A DNA stretch of 64,000 bases from contig NC_086097.1 of assembly GCF_963921235.1 (NCBI RefSeq), positions 26,848,001 to 26,912,000 of the forward strand, read 5' to 3'. The stretch's first letter is position 1, and every line of letters begins with the position of its first letter. The stretch comes from Mobula hypostoma. Taxonomy: Eukaryota. Below, one piece after another: positions 37,106 to 49,399 of the stretch. The notes beneath the pieces were generated by a model, which had not been told where the DNA came from, searched no databases, and worked only from the letters and a program-made list of their open reading frames with translations. A program made the translations under genes and the position numbers.

Positions 37106-37112
37106 TCCCTAG

Positions 37113-37301
37113 GTGCTGAGTGGCTGTGCATCCTCCGTGGCAAGTCGGGAATCGTGGCCTCTGATTGGCCAGTTTTCTAGCATCGGCTCCCTGGGTGGTG
37201 ATGAAACAAAGTGGCTGTGCTCAGAGTTTAAGGAGAGTCTCGCAACACTAGGCCCAGATCAGAAATTCCTGAGCAGTATGAAGCCATCTCCTCTTCATTT
37301 G
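37113..37301 (+). CDS. TDP1: TDP1 coding exon (189 bp), [47 protein letters not shown]...PLHL
   Basis: ttctctccctag acceptor, gtgaat donor. Conserved GQFSSxGSLG and [10 protein letters not shown] motifs. Confidence 0.95.
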
Positions 37302-37500
37302 GTGAATATACTCATCAAATCGCACGTGGATACCTAGAAAGGGTGGGCTGGCTTATGAAGAATGGTTGTATAGGACCAATCTTAGAAGAAAGAGTGGGCA
37401 CTTGATTGAAATGGGTAAACCGGGTCGTGACAAGGTGGGTGCGTAAAGTACATCCCCTCTTGTTATCACCAACTAACTGGACTCTGAAAAGTCACATTCA

Positions 37501-37945
37501 TTTCCCAATCACATTTTATTTACTTGTGCACAAGGAGAACAGTATGCACCCCCGCCCCCCCACCCCCGTCACCAAATTGTGCTGAAGTTTGAACAGAGAA
37601 ATGCCATTCTTGTACAGAATTGACTAGCAGTTATGAATAATACCTATTTGGTAAACTGTGTACCGTCAAACTCCTTACTTGTGAGATTCATCGCCATTCG
37701 CAATATAGGTCTTAAAAGGCTATACAAACTATGAGCTAACAACTGATGCTACTTTGAAGTCAGTAAAGTAATTCTCCCTTAGGTTGTGTCTGAGGCCGTT
37801 GAATTTTTCTGTTATATTCTTATCTTGTCTCAGTAAGACAAGTGGTTCTGGTTCACTGCTGTAAAAAGCTCTGCTCTTCAAAGACCTTTCTTGCTTGGGC
37901 TGTCTGCATTCTCTCTGCCCAGACACAATGTTAACCCTTGCCTTG
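37501..37945 (-). repeat. Unclassified old dispersed repeat (copy 2)
   Basis: Shares CCCCGTCACCA, TACAGAATTGA, TATTTGGTAAA and TTAACCCTTGCCTTG, in order, with 24049-24455. Confidence 0.6.
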
Positions 37946-40195
37946 CTGCAGCTTGCACACTCTAGTGGGAGAATCCAGAACTGTGGGTTTGTTTATTGGT
38001 TTATTTTTGCCTGAATCAAAGCAGATTCGATAGAAAAGAGAAATACATAAGTGCTTCAAAGGTTTGCAGGGATAATTGTAGATCCATTAACATTGGCGTC
38101 CAACTGTGCTACATCGACACGAGTCAATAAATCGGGGCAGTGGGGTTGCAGACATTGGAATTGTCTCTGGCATTCAGTAAGATCATAGCCCACCTGACTG
38201 TAACATCAACTCCACATATGTAGCCCTCATAACCTTTCACATACTCCCCACCGCAACCATCAAAGACCACCCCCTCGTCAAGAATCTTATCTACCTCTGC
38301 CTTAAAAGTATTCAGATTCTCTGCTTACCCCACCCTTTGAGGAAAAGACTTCTAAAGACTCATAACACTGCAAGTGGAACAAATTCTCCTAATCTCATTG
38401 AAATCTAATGAATTTTGAAAGACCCAGACAAAGTGACCATGGAGAGGACCTGTGTAGTCGTGGGGGAGTCTAGGACAAGAGGACACGGCCTCAGAATGGA
38501 AGGACATCCACCATTTAGGACAGAAATAAGGAGGAATTTCTTTCGCCAGAGGGTGATGAATCTGTGGGATTCGTTGTCATAGGCACAGTGAAGGCCAAGT
38601 CATTGGGTCTGTTTAAAGCTGAAGTTGATTGACTCTTGATAAGTAGGGAGATCAAAGGTTGCCGAGAGAAGACAGCTGAAACCAGCTGGAGGGGAAGGAG
38701 GGACAAAGCAAGAAGCTGGGAGATGATAGGTGGAAGAGGTAAAGAGCTGAAGAAGGAGGAATCTGATAGGAGGGGACAGTGAACCTTTGGAGAAAGGGAA
38801 GGGAGTGGCACAAGAACAAGGTGATGAGCAGGTGAGGAGAAGAGGTAGGAGGGGAGCCAGAATGGGGACTGGCAAAACAGAGAAGAGGGAGAAGGGAGAA
38901 ATAACCAGAAATCAATATTAATACAGTTACACGGGGCAGGGAGCAGAGGGGATTCACCAACATGTTGCCCGGCTGGGGAGAGGTCAATAATAAGGGGGAA
39001 AGATGCGGCCTGTTCTTGTTTTCCTGGGAGTAGGGCAGCCTGAGGGGAGAACTGACAGCAGTATGCAGAACAACTACCTCCAAACCCTTCTAAAGGGGAT
39101 GGTAAGAAACTTATCCCCACTGAAAATGTGTCTAACACCAGAGAGAAGAGTTTTACGGAGAGCAAGAAGTTTCGAGGGGTTCAGAGGAAGAATCTTTTCA
39201 CCTAGCAAACGGCTGCAGTCTGGAACACACTGCCTTTGGAGGTGGTGGAGACAGAGACCCTCACAGCACTAATGAGGTATCTGGATGTGATGTAAGACAC
39301 TGGAGCAGAATTCGGCCATTCAGCCCATTGAGTCTGCTCCTATTTCTATCTTGGTTGATTTATTATCCCTCTCAACACATTCCCTTGTCGTCTTCCCGTA
39401 ACCTTTCATGCCCTTCCTTATCAAGAACCTATCGACCTCCGCTTCAGATATACCCAATGATTTGGCCACCACAGCCAACTGTGAAAATGGTTTCCACAGA
39501 TGTACCACCCTCTGCCTAAAGAAAATCCTCCTCATCTCTGTTCTAAAGGGGTGTCCTTGTACTCTGAAGCTGTTCTCTCTGGTCCTAGTAAATGAAACTT
39601 CCTCTCCACGTCCCCTCTATCTAGGCCTTTCAACATTCAACATGTTTAATGATCTCCCCTCCCATTCTTCTAAATCTGAGGTCCACAGACCACTTGGTCT
39701 ATGGTATCGGTCCATGGCGTATAAAAGGTTAGGCACCCCTATTCTAAACTCTGTAGCAAGTACAAGCCCAGAGCCATCAAATGCTCCTCATATGTTTACC
39801 CTTTCATTCCTGGGATTGTAAATGGCACATGGACGAAAGCTGAGTGAGGGGCTACTTGGAGGGAAGGGTTAGATTGATCTTGGAGTAGGTTAAAAGGGCA
39901 GCACAACACTATGGGCTGAAGGGCCTGTACTGTTCTGTGTTCTAACTTATATGCCAGGGCACTGTAGGTGATGGAGCAAGAACTGGTAAATAGGGCTGGT
40001 AAATGTGGGTACTGTTAGCACAGATTTGGTAGGCTGAAGGGCCTGTTTCTGTACACTAACAATTCAACAGCACTAAGACTTTCATCTCCCTACCATCTCC
40101 CAACGGCAAACAAATGATTTGGGAACAGGCTTGTTTAGTCCACAGTTGAAGCACAAATATTTACGTTTTATGTAAATTGGAACTTGTTTGACTAG

Positions 40196-40244
40196 GTTTA
40201 CCCAACTGTCGAGAACGTCCGAACAAGTTTGGAAGGATATCCGG
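40196..40244 (+). CDS. TDP1: TDP1 coding exon (49 bp), VYPTVENVRTSLEGYP
   Basis: tttgactag acceptor, gtaagt donor. Matches TDP1 IYPSVENVRTSLEGYP. Confidence 0.94.
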
Positions 40245-41269
40245 GTAAGTATCAACTTCCGCCTGTGTCATCCGCTCTGGGCTGTGTGCGTTGGAGTATG
40301 TGCGCGTGCGCTCATATTTAGGTGCATGTGTAATTGTATACATCAGGAATTCCTACATCCAGAGGGAGGCGCGTGTTTGGAATTCTGTACTTGACCAGTG
40401 TGTGATGCCTCCGACAATGAGTAACGATTTGCTTTCTCACATGGATCAGTAAATGCATTGAAAATTGACATTTGTGTCAACAGCAAATACAGTCCAAGGG
40501 TGTGCTTAGGGCAGCCGCATGTTTCAACATAGAATACCCGCAGCTTACTGACCCATGTGTCTTTGGAATGTGTAAGAAGACCTGAACATCGAAAGGACGC
40601 CCCCGCGGTCACAGGGTGACTGTACAAACCCCTTACGGGCAGTGGCAGCAATTTAACCCCAGCCACTGTAGAGTGTTATATTAATCACTACGTTACCGTG
40701 CCACCCAGTGCAGAGATCATGGGGTTAGAATCAGGTTTATTATCACCAATGTAGACTCACTGGCTACTTTTTAGGTGCCCCTGAGTGTATAGAAACATAG
40801 AAAATAGGTGCAGGAGTAGGCCATTTGGCCCTTCGAGCCTGCTCCGCCATTTATTATGATCATGGCTGATCATCCAACTCAGAACCCTGCACCAGCCTTC
40901 CCTCCATACCCCCCGATCCCCGTAACCACAAGGGCCATATCTAACTACCTCTTAAATACAGCCAATGAACTGGCCTCAACTGTTTCCTGTGGCAGAGAAT
41001 TCCACAGATTCACCACTCTCTGTGTGAAGAAGTTTTTCCTAATCTCAGTCCTAAAAGACTTCCCCTTTATCCTCAAATGTTGGTGTTCTTTCTCTTTATT
41101 CATAGCTTGTATAGATATGGGTCCTGCTGGCCAGGCTGCCTTTTGTTATGCATCTCCAGGTGGTCTTGTGTAGTGACAATGCCTTTTGCAGTACTGCATT
41201 TTGTCAGGTGGAGAGCCTCCCTTTCTGTTGTTGGGTTAGTATTTAAACTCTAAATCAGGAAGGTATGGC

Positions 41270-42320
41270 AGTTAACGCATTGGCATGGATTGGAAACTAC
41301 AGAAACTAGAAAAGAGTTGAAATAAATTGGGTCTTTTGAGGCTGGAGAGATGTACCCAGCACCGTACCATAGGATTCAATTCTTGGCCCTCAATTGTTTA
41401 ATATCTACATTAATGATTTGGAGGAGGGATTGAAATGTAGTTTTCCAAGTTTGTTGAAGATATGAAAATAGGTGGAAGGGAATGTTGTTAGGAAGACATT
41501 ATGATTCTACAGGTAGATTGAATGGTTGGGAAAAACCTAGAAAATGGAGGTTAATATAGGAAAGTGTGGTATGAAGAATCAAAAGGTGGATTATTATCCA
41601 AATGGAGGGAGATAGCAAACGAGTGAAATTCAAAGGGATTTATTGTTCTAGTGCATGAATTACAAAACAAGCAGGTATATTCAACCGCAGTTAAGAAGAC
41701 AAACAACTTATTGGCCCTTATTGTTTCATGTTTAGGAATAAGGAAGTTTCGTTACAGTTTTAAAGGATGCTGGTGTGGCCCATATCTGGAATATTGCACA
41801 TCATTTTGGACCTTTACCTGAAAAAGTATACAGTTGCTTTAGGGACAGTTCAAAGCAGATTAAACAGACTAGCTGCTGGGATGAGAGGAAAGTCCTATTA
41901 AAAGAGGCTAGGCAGATTGGATCTCTGTTCCTTGAAATTTGGAAGAATGAAGGGTTTTCTTATTCAAACATACAAGCTCCTAAAGGAGCTTGACATGGTA
42001 GATGTTGGGCAACATACACAAAGTGTTGGATGAAGGGTCACAGCCCAAAACATTGACTGTTTACTCTTTTCCATAGATGCTGCCTGGCCTGCTGAGTTCC
42101 TCCAGCCTCCTGTGTGTGTTGCTTGGATTTCCAGCATCTGCAGATTTTCTTGTGTTTATGAGGGTAGATGTTGAGATGTTTTCACTATTGGGACAATCAC
42201 AAACTAGTAGACATGGACCACAACTGGGAGGCTTGTCATTCAAAATGCAGGCATTGAAATTGCTTCTCTTGGAAGGGATTGAGTTTCTGCCCTTGAGAAT
42301 GGGGGAAGATAGATCATTTT
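41270..42320 (+). mobile_element. Old CR1 LINE fragment containing a short Penelope-derived insert (42008-42162)
   Basis: Degenerate GSILGPQLF.IYINDLE coding remnant. Insert flanked by GGTAGATGTTG at 41997-42007 and 42163-42173. Confidence 0.65.
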
Positions 42321-44049
42321 AATGCAATTGGTTCAATGATAATGTTACAATAGTACAATAGTGTACATATTTTTAAGATCATTCATGTCCTGCATTACTG
42401 CCCAGCAGATTCTCTAATACAGTGTTAAGAAGCCTCACATTTGATTGGTTATTTATCCTGCGATCTGAATTCTTTCATACTTTACGCCATGTCTCCTATA
42501 TTTCATTTCTTCCAGATTAAATCTGTAGAACCTTTCTTAATCTCTATGGAGAGAGAAACAAGATTAACATTTCAGGCCAATGACATGTCTTGAAAGTCAG
42601 TTAACTCTGCTTCACCTCCACAGGTGCTGCTTGACCTGTTGATCATTTTTATTTCGGATTTCCAGCATTTGTTTTTGTGCCCATGGCATTTCTCTGTGTA
42701 ATAATTCAGGCCATTCAAACATCAAAGGAGGTTTACTAACTAAAAACGACAAAATATATTCCCAGCAGGTAGATAATGCCTGATGCAACTTAAACCAAGG
42801 TATTGAGAGCTGCTCCTGACAGTTTTACGTACTGTACAGAATAGATTTGTATTTAATTTATTTCACAATATGTCACTCCTTTCTCCATGACTCAGTATGA
42901 CCACCACTTTCTCATTTTGAATACCATCTTCAGAGTAATTTGTTTAGGCCACAAAATATGGCTCAAGAAAACAGGCCTTTTTTGCATATTCTCTGTGCTC
43001 CCTGGCACCGTAATTCACTATCGCACTTTGACCTATGTGGCTGTAGCTCCTACACTATTCCAGGCAAGCCTAACACAGACATGAGGAACTGTGCTCCATC
43101 TTCCCTGAGGGCACAATGTTGCCTAAGGGACAATTACAATCATCAACAATTGCAGGCATCTTGCTTTTCCTGTTTGTATCACCATTGGCTGGTTCTGCTG
43201 TATGGTTATCCCTCCATAACAGTAACAAACTTCTCACTCTCCATAACCACTGCCTGATCTGTTGAGTATTTTCTATATTTAGAGATACAGTACAGAAACA
43301 AGCTGTTCCAGCCCAACAAGCCCATTCTGCCCATTTACACTCGTCTGACCAATCATCCCATACGACTTTGGAATGTGGGAGGAAACCTAGGTGGTCATGG
43401 GCAGAATATGCAAACTCCTTATAGACAGTGGCAGAATTGAACCCAGGCCGCTGCTGTTATAATTGAGTTCCGCTAACCACTAAGCTGTCGTTCCAGCCAA
43501 ACTCTTTCGGTTTTGTCTATCTCAATGTCTCTAGATGGCACAGAAACACATTACTAAAGCAACCATTACCATCTTAGCTTTCTTAACTACCCAAAGATTA
43601 TGATTAGAAAGCATTCGTTCTTGGTCATGTTTAACTCAGATGCTTTTGATGTTGTGATAGTTTATGTGGAGGAGTACCCTTCAATAGCTAGCAAGGACAA
43701 GTGGTTAACAATGGTATTGCAACACTAAGGGTAAAGTCGCTACCCTTTACTAGATTACTGATTTAATGACACTCAGGAAGTCACTGTCTCTTTTACCTGG
43801 TGAGTGATGAACATAAGAAAAAGCTGATCAGTTATAGGTCAGTTACACAGAATGGACAGCAATGCAAACCAGATTGTCAGCCCAAGTGATTCACGCTAGT
43901 CTCAACATAAATCTCCTTCTCCCATTCTTCATTTAACTTCTCTGATTTCACATTTGTTTAGTTGTCACACATACATTGAAACATCCAGGGTAACGCGTCA
44001 CTTGTGTTGACAACCCATACGACGTAAAGATGTGCTGGGAGCGTCCGTA

Positions 44050-44515
44050 TCTTCATGGTCTGCTGCTGCCGTACCCAGCCACTTCAATGTTGTGCATTCA
44101 GAGATGCTCTTCTGCACACCACTGTTGCAATGTGTGGTTATTTGAGTTGCTGTCACTTTCCTGTCAGCTTGAAGCGGTCTGGTTATTCTCCTCTGACCTC
44201 TCTCAGTAATAAGGCGTTTTGGATGTTTTATGGTTTTACACCATTCTCTGTAAATCCTAGAGATTGTTGTGCCTGAAAATCCCAGGAGATCACAGTTTCT
44301 GAGATACTCAAACCACCCATCTGGCACCAACAATCACTCCACAGTCAAACACACTTGAATCACATTTCTTCCCCATTCTGATGTTTGCACTGATCAACAA
44401 CTGAAAGTCTGGACCATGTCTGCATGCTTTAATGCACTGAGTTGCTGCCATGCGACGGGCTGATTAGATATTTGCATTAACCAGCAGGTGTACCTAATAA
44501 AGTGGCCACTTGGTG
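44050..44515. mobile_element. Non-autonomous Tc1-like element remnant
   Basis: Similar to 975-1325 plus 2705-2848. Minus-strand GFSGTTISRIYREW...RKVTATQITT resembles a Tc1 HTH region. Confidence 0.6.
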
Positions 44516-46848
44516 TATGTCATGAAATTTGTTGTCTTATGTCAGCAGTACAGTGCAGACATTAAAATTACTGTTACAATAAATAAATTGAACACAGAGG
44601 ATAGACTAGTACAGACCTCTCGATCCACAATGTTGCAGTGACCTTTCAAGATCAATATAACCCTCCTCCCACATAACTCTCCATTTTCCTTGCATCTATG
44701 TGAATGAAATGGGGTGGTATGGTAGTATGGAGGGAAGTGCAGCGCTGGTACAGCCACCAGTGACCCGGGTTCATTCCACCGCTGTCCCCATTGCCATGAG
44801 TTCCTCTGGGTACTCTGGTCCCCTCCCACAGTCCAAAGGCCTACGGGTTAGTACGTTAATTGGGCACACGGGTGTAATGGGGTGTTGCAGGTTTGTTGAG
44901 CTTGCTGCTGTGCTGTGTCTCTAAATGTGCCTATCTAAGAGACCCTTAAATCTCCCTAATCTATTTGCCTCATCTAAATAAATAAGTAGTGCAAAGGAGG
45001 AATAGTGTCCAAGGATCATTCAGAAATCTGATGGCGGAGGGAAAGAAGCTGTTCCTAAAATGTTGAGTGTGAGTCTTCAGACTCCTGTACCTCCTCCCTG
45101 ATACTAATAATAAAAAGAGGGCACTTTACGGGTGATGAGGGTCCCTAGTGATGGGAGGCATGGCTTTTTGAAGATGTCCTCGATAGTTGGGAAGGTTTTG
45201 CCCGTGATGGAACTGGGTGAGTGGAAAACCATCTGCACCCTCTTTCAACCTGCACGTTGGCCCTTCCATGCCAGGCTGTGATGCAGCAAGTCTGGATGCT
45301 GTCCCCCGTACATGTGTAGAAATTTGCTGGAGTCTTTGGTGACGTGTCAGATTTTGTCAGACTTGTAATGACACACCTTCTTCACAATTGCATCGAAGTG
45401 TTGGGCCCAGGATAGATCCTCTAAGCTGTTAACTTGAATCTGCTGACCGTTTCCACATAGATTCAGTCTTTAGATATTGCGCTGTATGGACACGAAAGAG
45501 CTGTCATTGACTACAGGAAGCACGGTGAGCAACACGCTCTTGTCTGTATCACTGGTGCTGAGGTAGAGATGGTTGAGAGCTTCAAGTTCACTGGTGTAGG
45601 TGCCACCTAGAACTTGTCCTGGTCCAACCACAGTTGAGAAAACTCACCAGCTCCTCTACTTCCTCAAAGGGGTGAGGATATTCCTGATGATCCTCACCAA
45701 TATACCACCTCACCTGATGGGAGAGGGGACCAGAGAGAATCTCCAAGGTGGGTAGGGTCTTTGATTATGCCGGCTACTTTGCTGAAGTATGTGAGAGAGC
45801 AGAAGAGTAATTGATAAATTCACTCTTGAGAGACGCTGTTGATGCCATGGGTTTAAATGGACGAGTGAGATAGAAATATATGAAAACAAATTGCTGCCAA
45901 TATGGTAAAGTATCCCAAAGGACAGTTGATTGAAAGTCTGGACAAAAAGGGATTTTTTTGTCAAATGAATTTAGGAGGATTTGGGATTGAATTTTAAATT
46001 CATTCTTATTCATGCTGGTGAGCATTTTGAAAACTCCTAAAAGAAAAAAAAACTTTTAAAATAAAAAAAACTGAACATTTGGAAAGATTTGAATGTCCAT
46101 TTTTCCCGTGTAAACTAGGAGTTATTGCAGTTTAAGAATTAATTTGTGTTAGAGGTTTCAGTGAAACTTAATTAGGCATTCTATCACTGTAAATGTACTT
46201 TCTTTCAGATACTGTATATCGAGTGTCAGAACAGAGGGACATCTCTTTAGAATGGAGATGAGGTGGAATTTCTTTAGCCAGAGGGTGGTGAATCTGCAGA
46301 ATTCATTGCCACAGTTAGCTGTGGAGGCCAAGTCATTGGGTATATTTAAAGTGGAGGAGATAGGTTCCTGAATAGCAAGGGTATCAAAGGCTACGGGGAG
46401 AAGGCAGGAGAATGGGGTTGAAAGGGATAATAAATCGGCCAAGATGGAATGGTGGGGCAGACTCAATGGGCCAAATAGCTTAATTCTGCTCCTTTGTCTT
46501 ACAGCCTTATGTAGCACTCAGACAGCTGGTCATTTAATACTTCAGAGCTAATAGTATCAAATGCCTGGGAATAAATCAGGTTCCTTCAAAAATCGTAGGC
46601 ACAGTTTTAATTTATATAGAAATACAGGCCCTTCTGGCCCAACAAGCCCAGGCCGCCCAGTTACACCATGTGACCAATTAACCTACTAACCTGTCTGTCT
46701 TTGGAATGTGGAGGGAAGCTGGGATGCCGGAAGGTTTCTTGCACAAAACCTTGTATACCGTACATTGTTTATGCTTTATTTCCTGTTCCTCTATCGTTAA
46801 GACCTGTGGAAGGGTGCCACTGCTAACAGATCCTGTTTCCTTCAACAG

Positions 46849-46915
46849 GTGGGGGTTCTCTGCCATATGCCATCGACACCGCTCAGAAGCAACCCTGGCT
46901 GACCTCATTCCTTTG
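46849..46915 (+). CDS. TDP1: TDP1 coding exon (67 bp), GGSLPYAIDTAQKQPWLTSFL
   Basis: ctaac branch-like motif, tttccttcaacag acceptor, gtaggt donor. Matches TDP1 [21 protein letters not shown]. Confidence 0.93.
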
Positions 46916-47289
46916 GTAGGTGACCTCCGACCTTCGCTACCATTTCACCCTTTGTTAGTGAGTAAATAGATTTCACACAAGTGGTGTCGGGACCTGTAGC
47001 TCGTTTGATTTTTTTACCACAAGTTTTCAGCCTTTTTATGTATGCATGAGTTAAGGCATAGAGGAACTGAAAAAACAGCAAAATATTCAACCTGCGGAGT
47101 GGATAGAAACATCCATAATTGTCGTGTTTTAGATTATATGAAATGTCTTAATGTGGAAGACAAAATTGATGCATGATACATGAAAAGAGCTTTGTAGAGT
47201 CACAGTCATAAAGCAATACAATCCTATAAAGTGTTATAGTGTATATATATATATATATAGTGTATAGTGTATATACTATAAAGTATTAA

Positions 47290-49020
47290 AGTGTTGAGGA
47301 GGTTGCCAGGAAAGTGGATGAAGGACAGGCAATGGATGTGTTCTTCATGGACTTTAGCAAAGCCTTTGACAAAATCCCACATGGGATGTTGGTCCAGAAG
47401 ATTTAATCACTTGACATTCAGGATGAGGTAGTAAATTGAATTCAACATTGGCTTTTCAAGAGAAGCCAGAGAGTAGCAGTAGATGGTTGTCTCTGGAGGC
47501 TTGCGACTAGTGGAGTGCTGCAGGGATCGGTGCTGGGCCTGTTGTTGTTTGTCATTTATCAACGATCTGGATGATGACATGGTTAACTGGATCAGCAAAT
47601 TTGCGGATGACACCAAGGTTGGGGGGTGCATTGGACAGCAAGGAAGACAATCAAAGCTTGCAGTGGGATCAGGACCATCTGGGAAAATGGGTTGAAAAAT
47701 ACCAGATGGAATTTATTGTAGACAAGTGTGAGGTGTTGCACTTTGTGAGGGGAAAATCAGTGTAGGACTTGCACATTGAACAGTAGGGCACTGAGGAGTG
47801 TGGTAGAACAGAAGAATCCTGGAATACAGATCGAGATGGATAGGGTCGTAAAGAGAGCTTTTGGCACATTGGCTTTCATAAATCAAATTATTGAGCTCAA
47901 GAGTTGGATGTTATGTTGATGTTTGTTTGTAAGGCCTAATTTGGAGTATTTTCTGCAGTTCTGGTCACCTACCTACAGGAAAGGTATCAACAAGATTGAA
48001 AGAGTACAGAGGAAGTTTACAAAGATGTTGCTGGGTCTTGAGGACCTGAGTTATAGCAATAGGTTGAATAGGTTAGGACTTTATTCTCAAGAGCGTAGAA
48101 GATTGAGGGGAGGGTTGATAGAGGTACACAGAATTGAGGGATACAGATAGAGTAAATGCAAGCAAGCTTTTTCACTGAAGTTGCGTGAGACTAGAATTGG
48201 AGGTTATAGGTTAATGGTGAAAGGTGAAATATCTTAAGGGGAACATTTTGACTCAGGGTGGTGCAGGTGTGGAACGAGCTGCCAGCAGAAGTGACGGATG
48301 TGGGTTCAATTTCAACACGCAAGAGAAATTTGGACAAGTACGTGATTTGGAGAGTACAGGCAGATGGGACTAGGGAGAAGACAAAACTAGCATGGACTAG
48401 CCGAGCACCTGCACTCTGTCCACCAGAAAAAGTGGGATCTCCCAGTGGCCACCTATTTTAATTCCACTTCCCATTCCCATTCCGATATGTCTATCCTCCA
48501 TTGTTGTGATGAGTCCACACTTAGGTTGGAGGAGCAACACCTTGTATTCTGCTTGAGTAGCCTCCAACCTGATGGCATGAACATCGATTTCTCAAACTTC
48601 CAGTAATGCTTCCCCCTCCTTCACCATTTTCCATCCCCTTTTCCCTCTCTGATGTTGTCTCCTTCCCCACCCATCGCCTTCCTGTGGTACTCCCCCTCCT
48701 TCCGTGGCTTTCTGTCCTCTTCAATCAAATTCCTCCTTCTCCAGCCCTATATCTCTCTCACCAATCAACTTCCCAGCCCTTTACTTCACCCCTTCCCCTC
48801 CCAGTTTCACCAATCACCTTGTGTTTCCCCCTCCCCTTGCCCCACCTTTAACTCAACTCCTCATCTTCTTTTCTCCAGTCCTGCTGAAGAGTCTCAGCCC
48901 GAAACGTCGACTCTTCTCTTTTCCATAGATGCTGCCTGGCCTGCTGAGTTCCTCCAGCATTTTGTGTGTGTGGCTTGGACTAGATGGGCTGAAGGACTTG
49001 TTTCTGTGCAGTAGTGCTCT
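47290..49020 (+). mobile_element. CR1 LINE fragment with a Penelope 3' fragment (48401-48975) in its 3' UTR
   Basis: MDFSKAFDKIPH, INDLD...KFADDTK and ERVQRKFT remnants. Insert flanked by TGGACTAG at 48393-48400 and 48976-48983. Confidence 0.8.
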
Positions 49021-49399
49021 GAGTCTAAGAAAAGGATATTAAGAGAAATGATGGACCTGAGGTTAGTGTAGGGAAATGGAGCTGAGCTGAGGTGCAAGAA
49101 CAGCTATGATCCCATTGAATGGCGGACCTGGTACAATGGATCAAGTACTGACTCCTGGGTCTAGTTGCTGCATGGCCGCAGTCTTGTTGCTCGTTTTCCA
49201 CAAGCTCAAGTCGAGCTTACTGCCATGTGCATTGTATGGTGAGGTGTAGTAGAATGGAAAACCTGCAGTAGTCTCGCAGGCCTGTAGGTACAGAATATAA
49301 ATTGTGAAAGACACCATAAAGAGCGAGAGCAAGCGAGCAAGAGAAAGGTAAATGAGAGCAAATTAAAAGAGAGAGACAGGCACAGACACAGAATGCAAA

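Noticed and set aside
47235..47285. (TA)n-rich tract
   Set aside because: Ordinary short microsatellite with no further structure.
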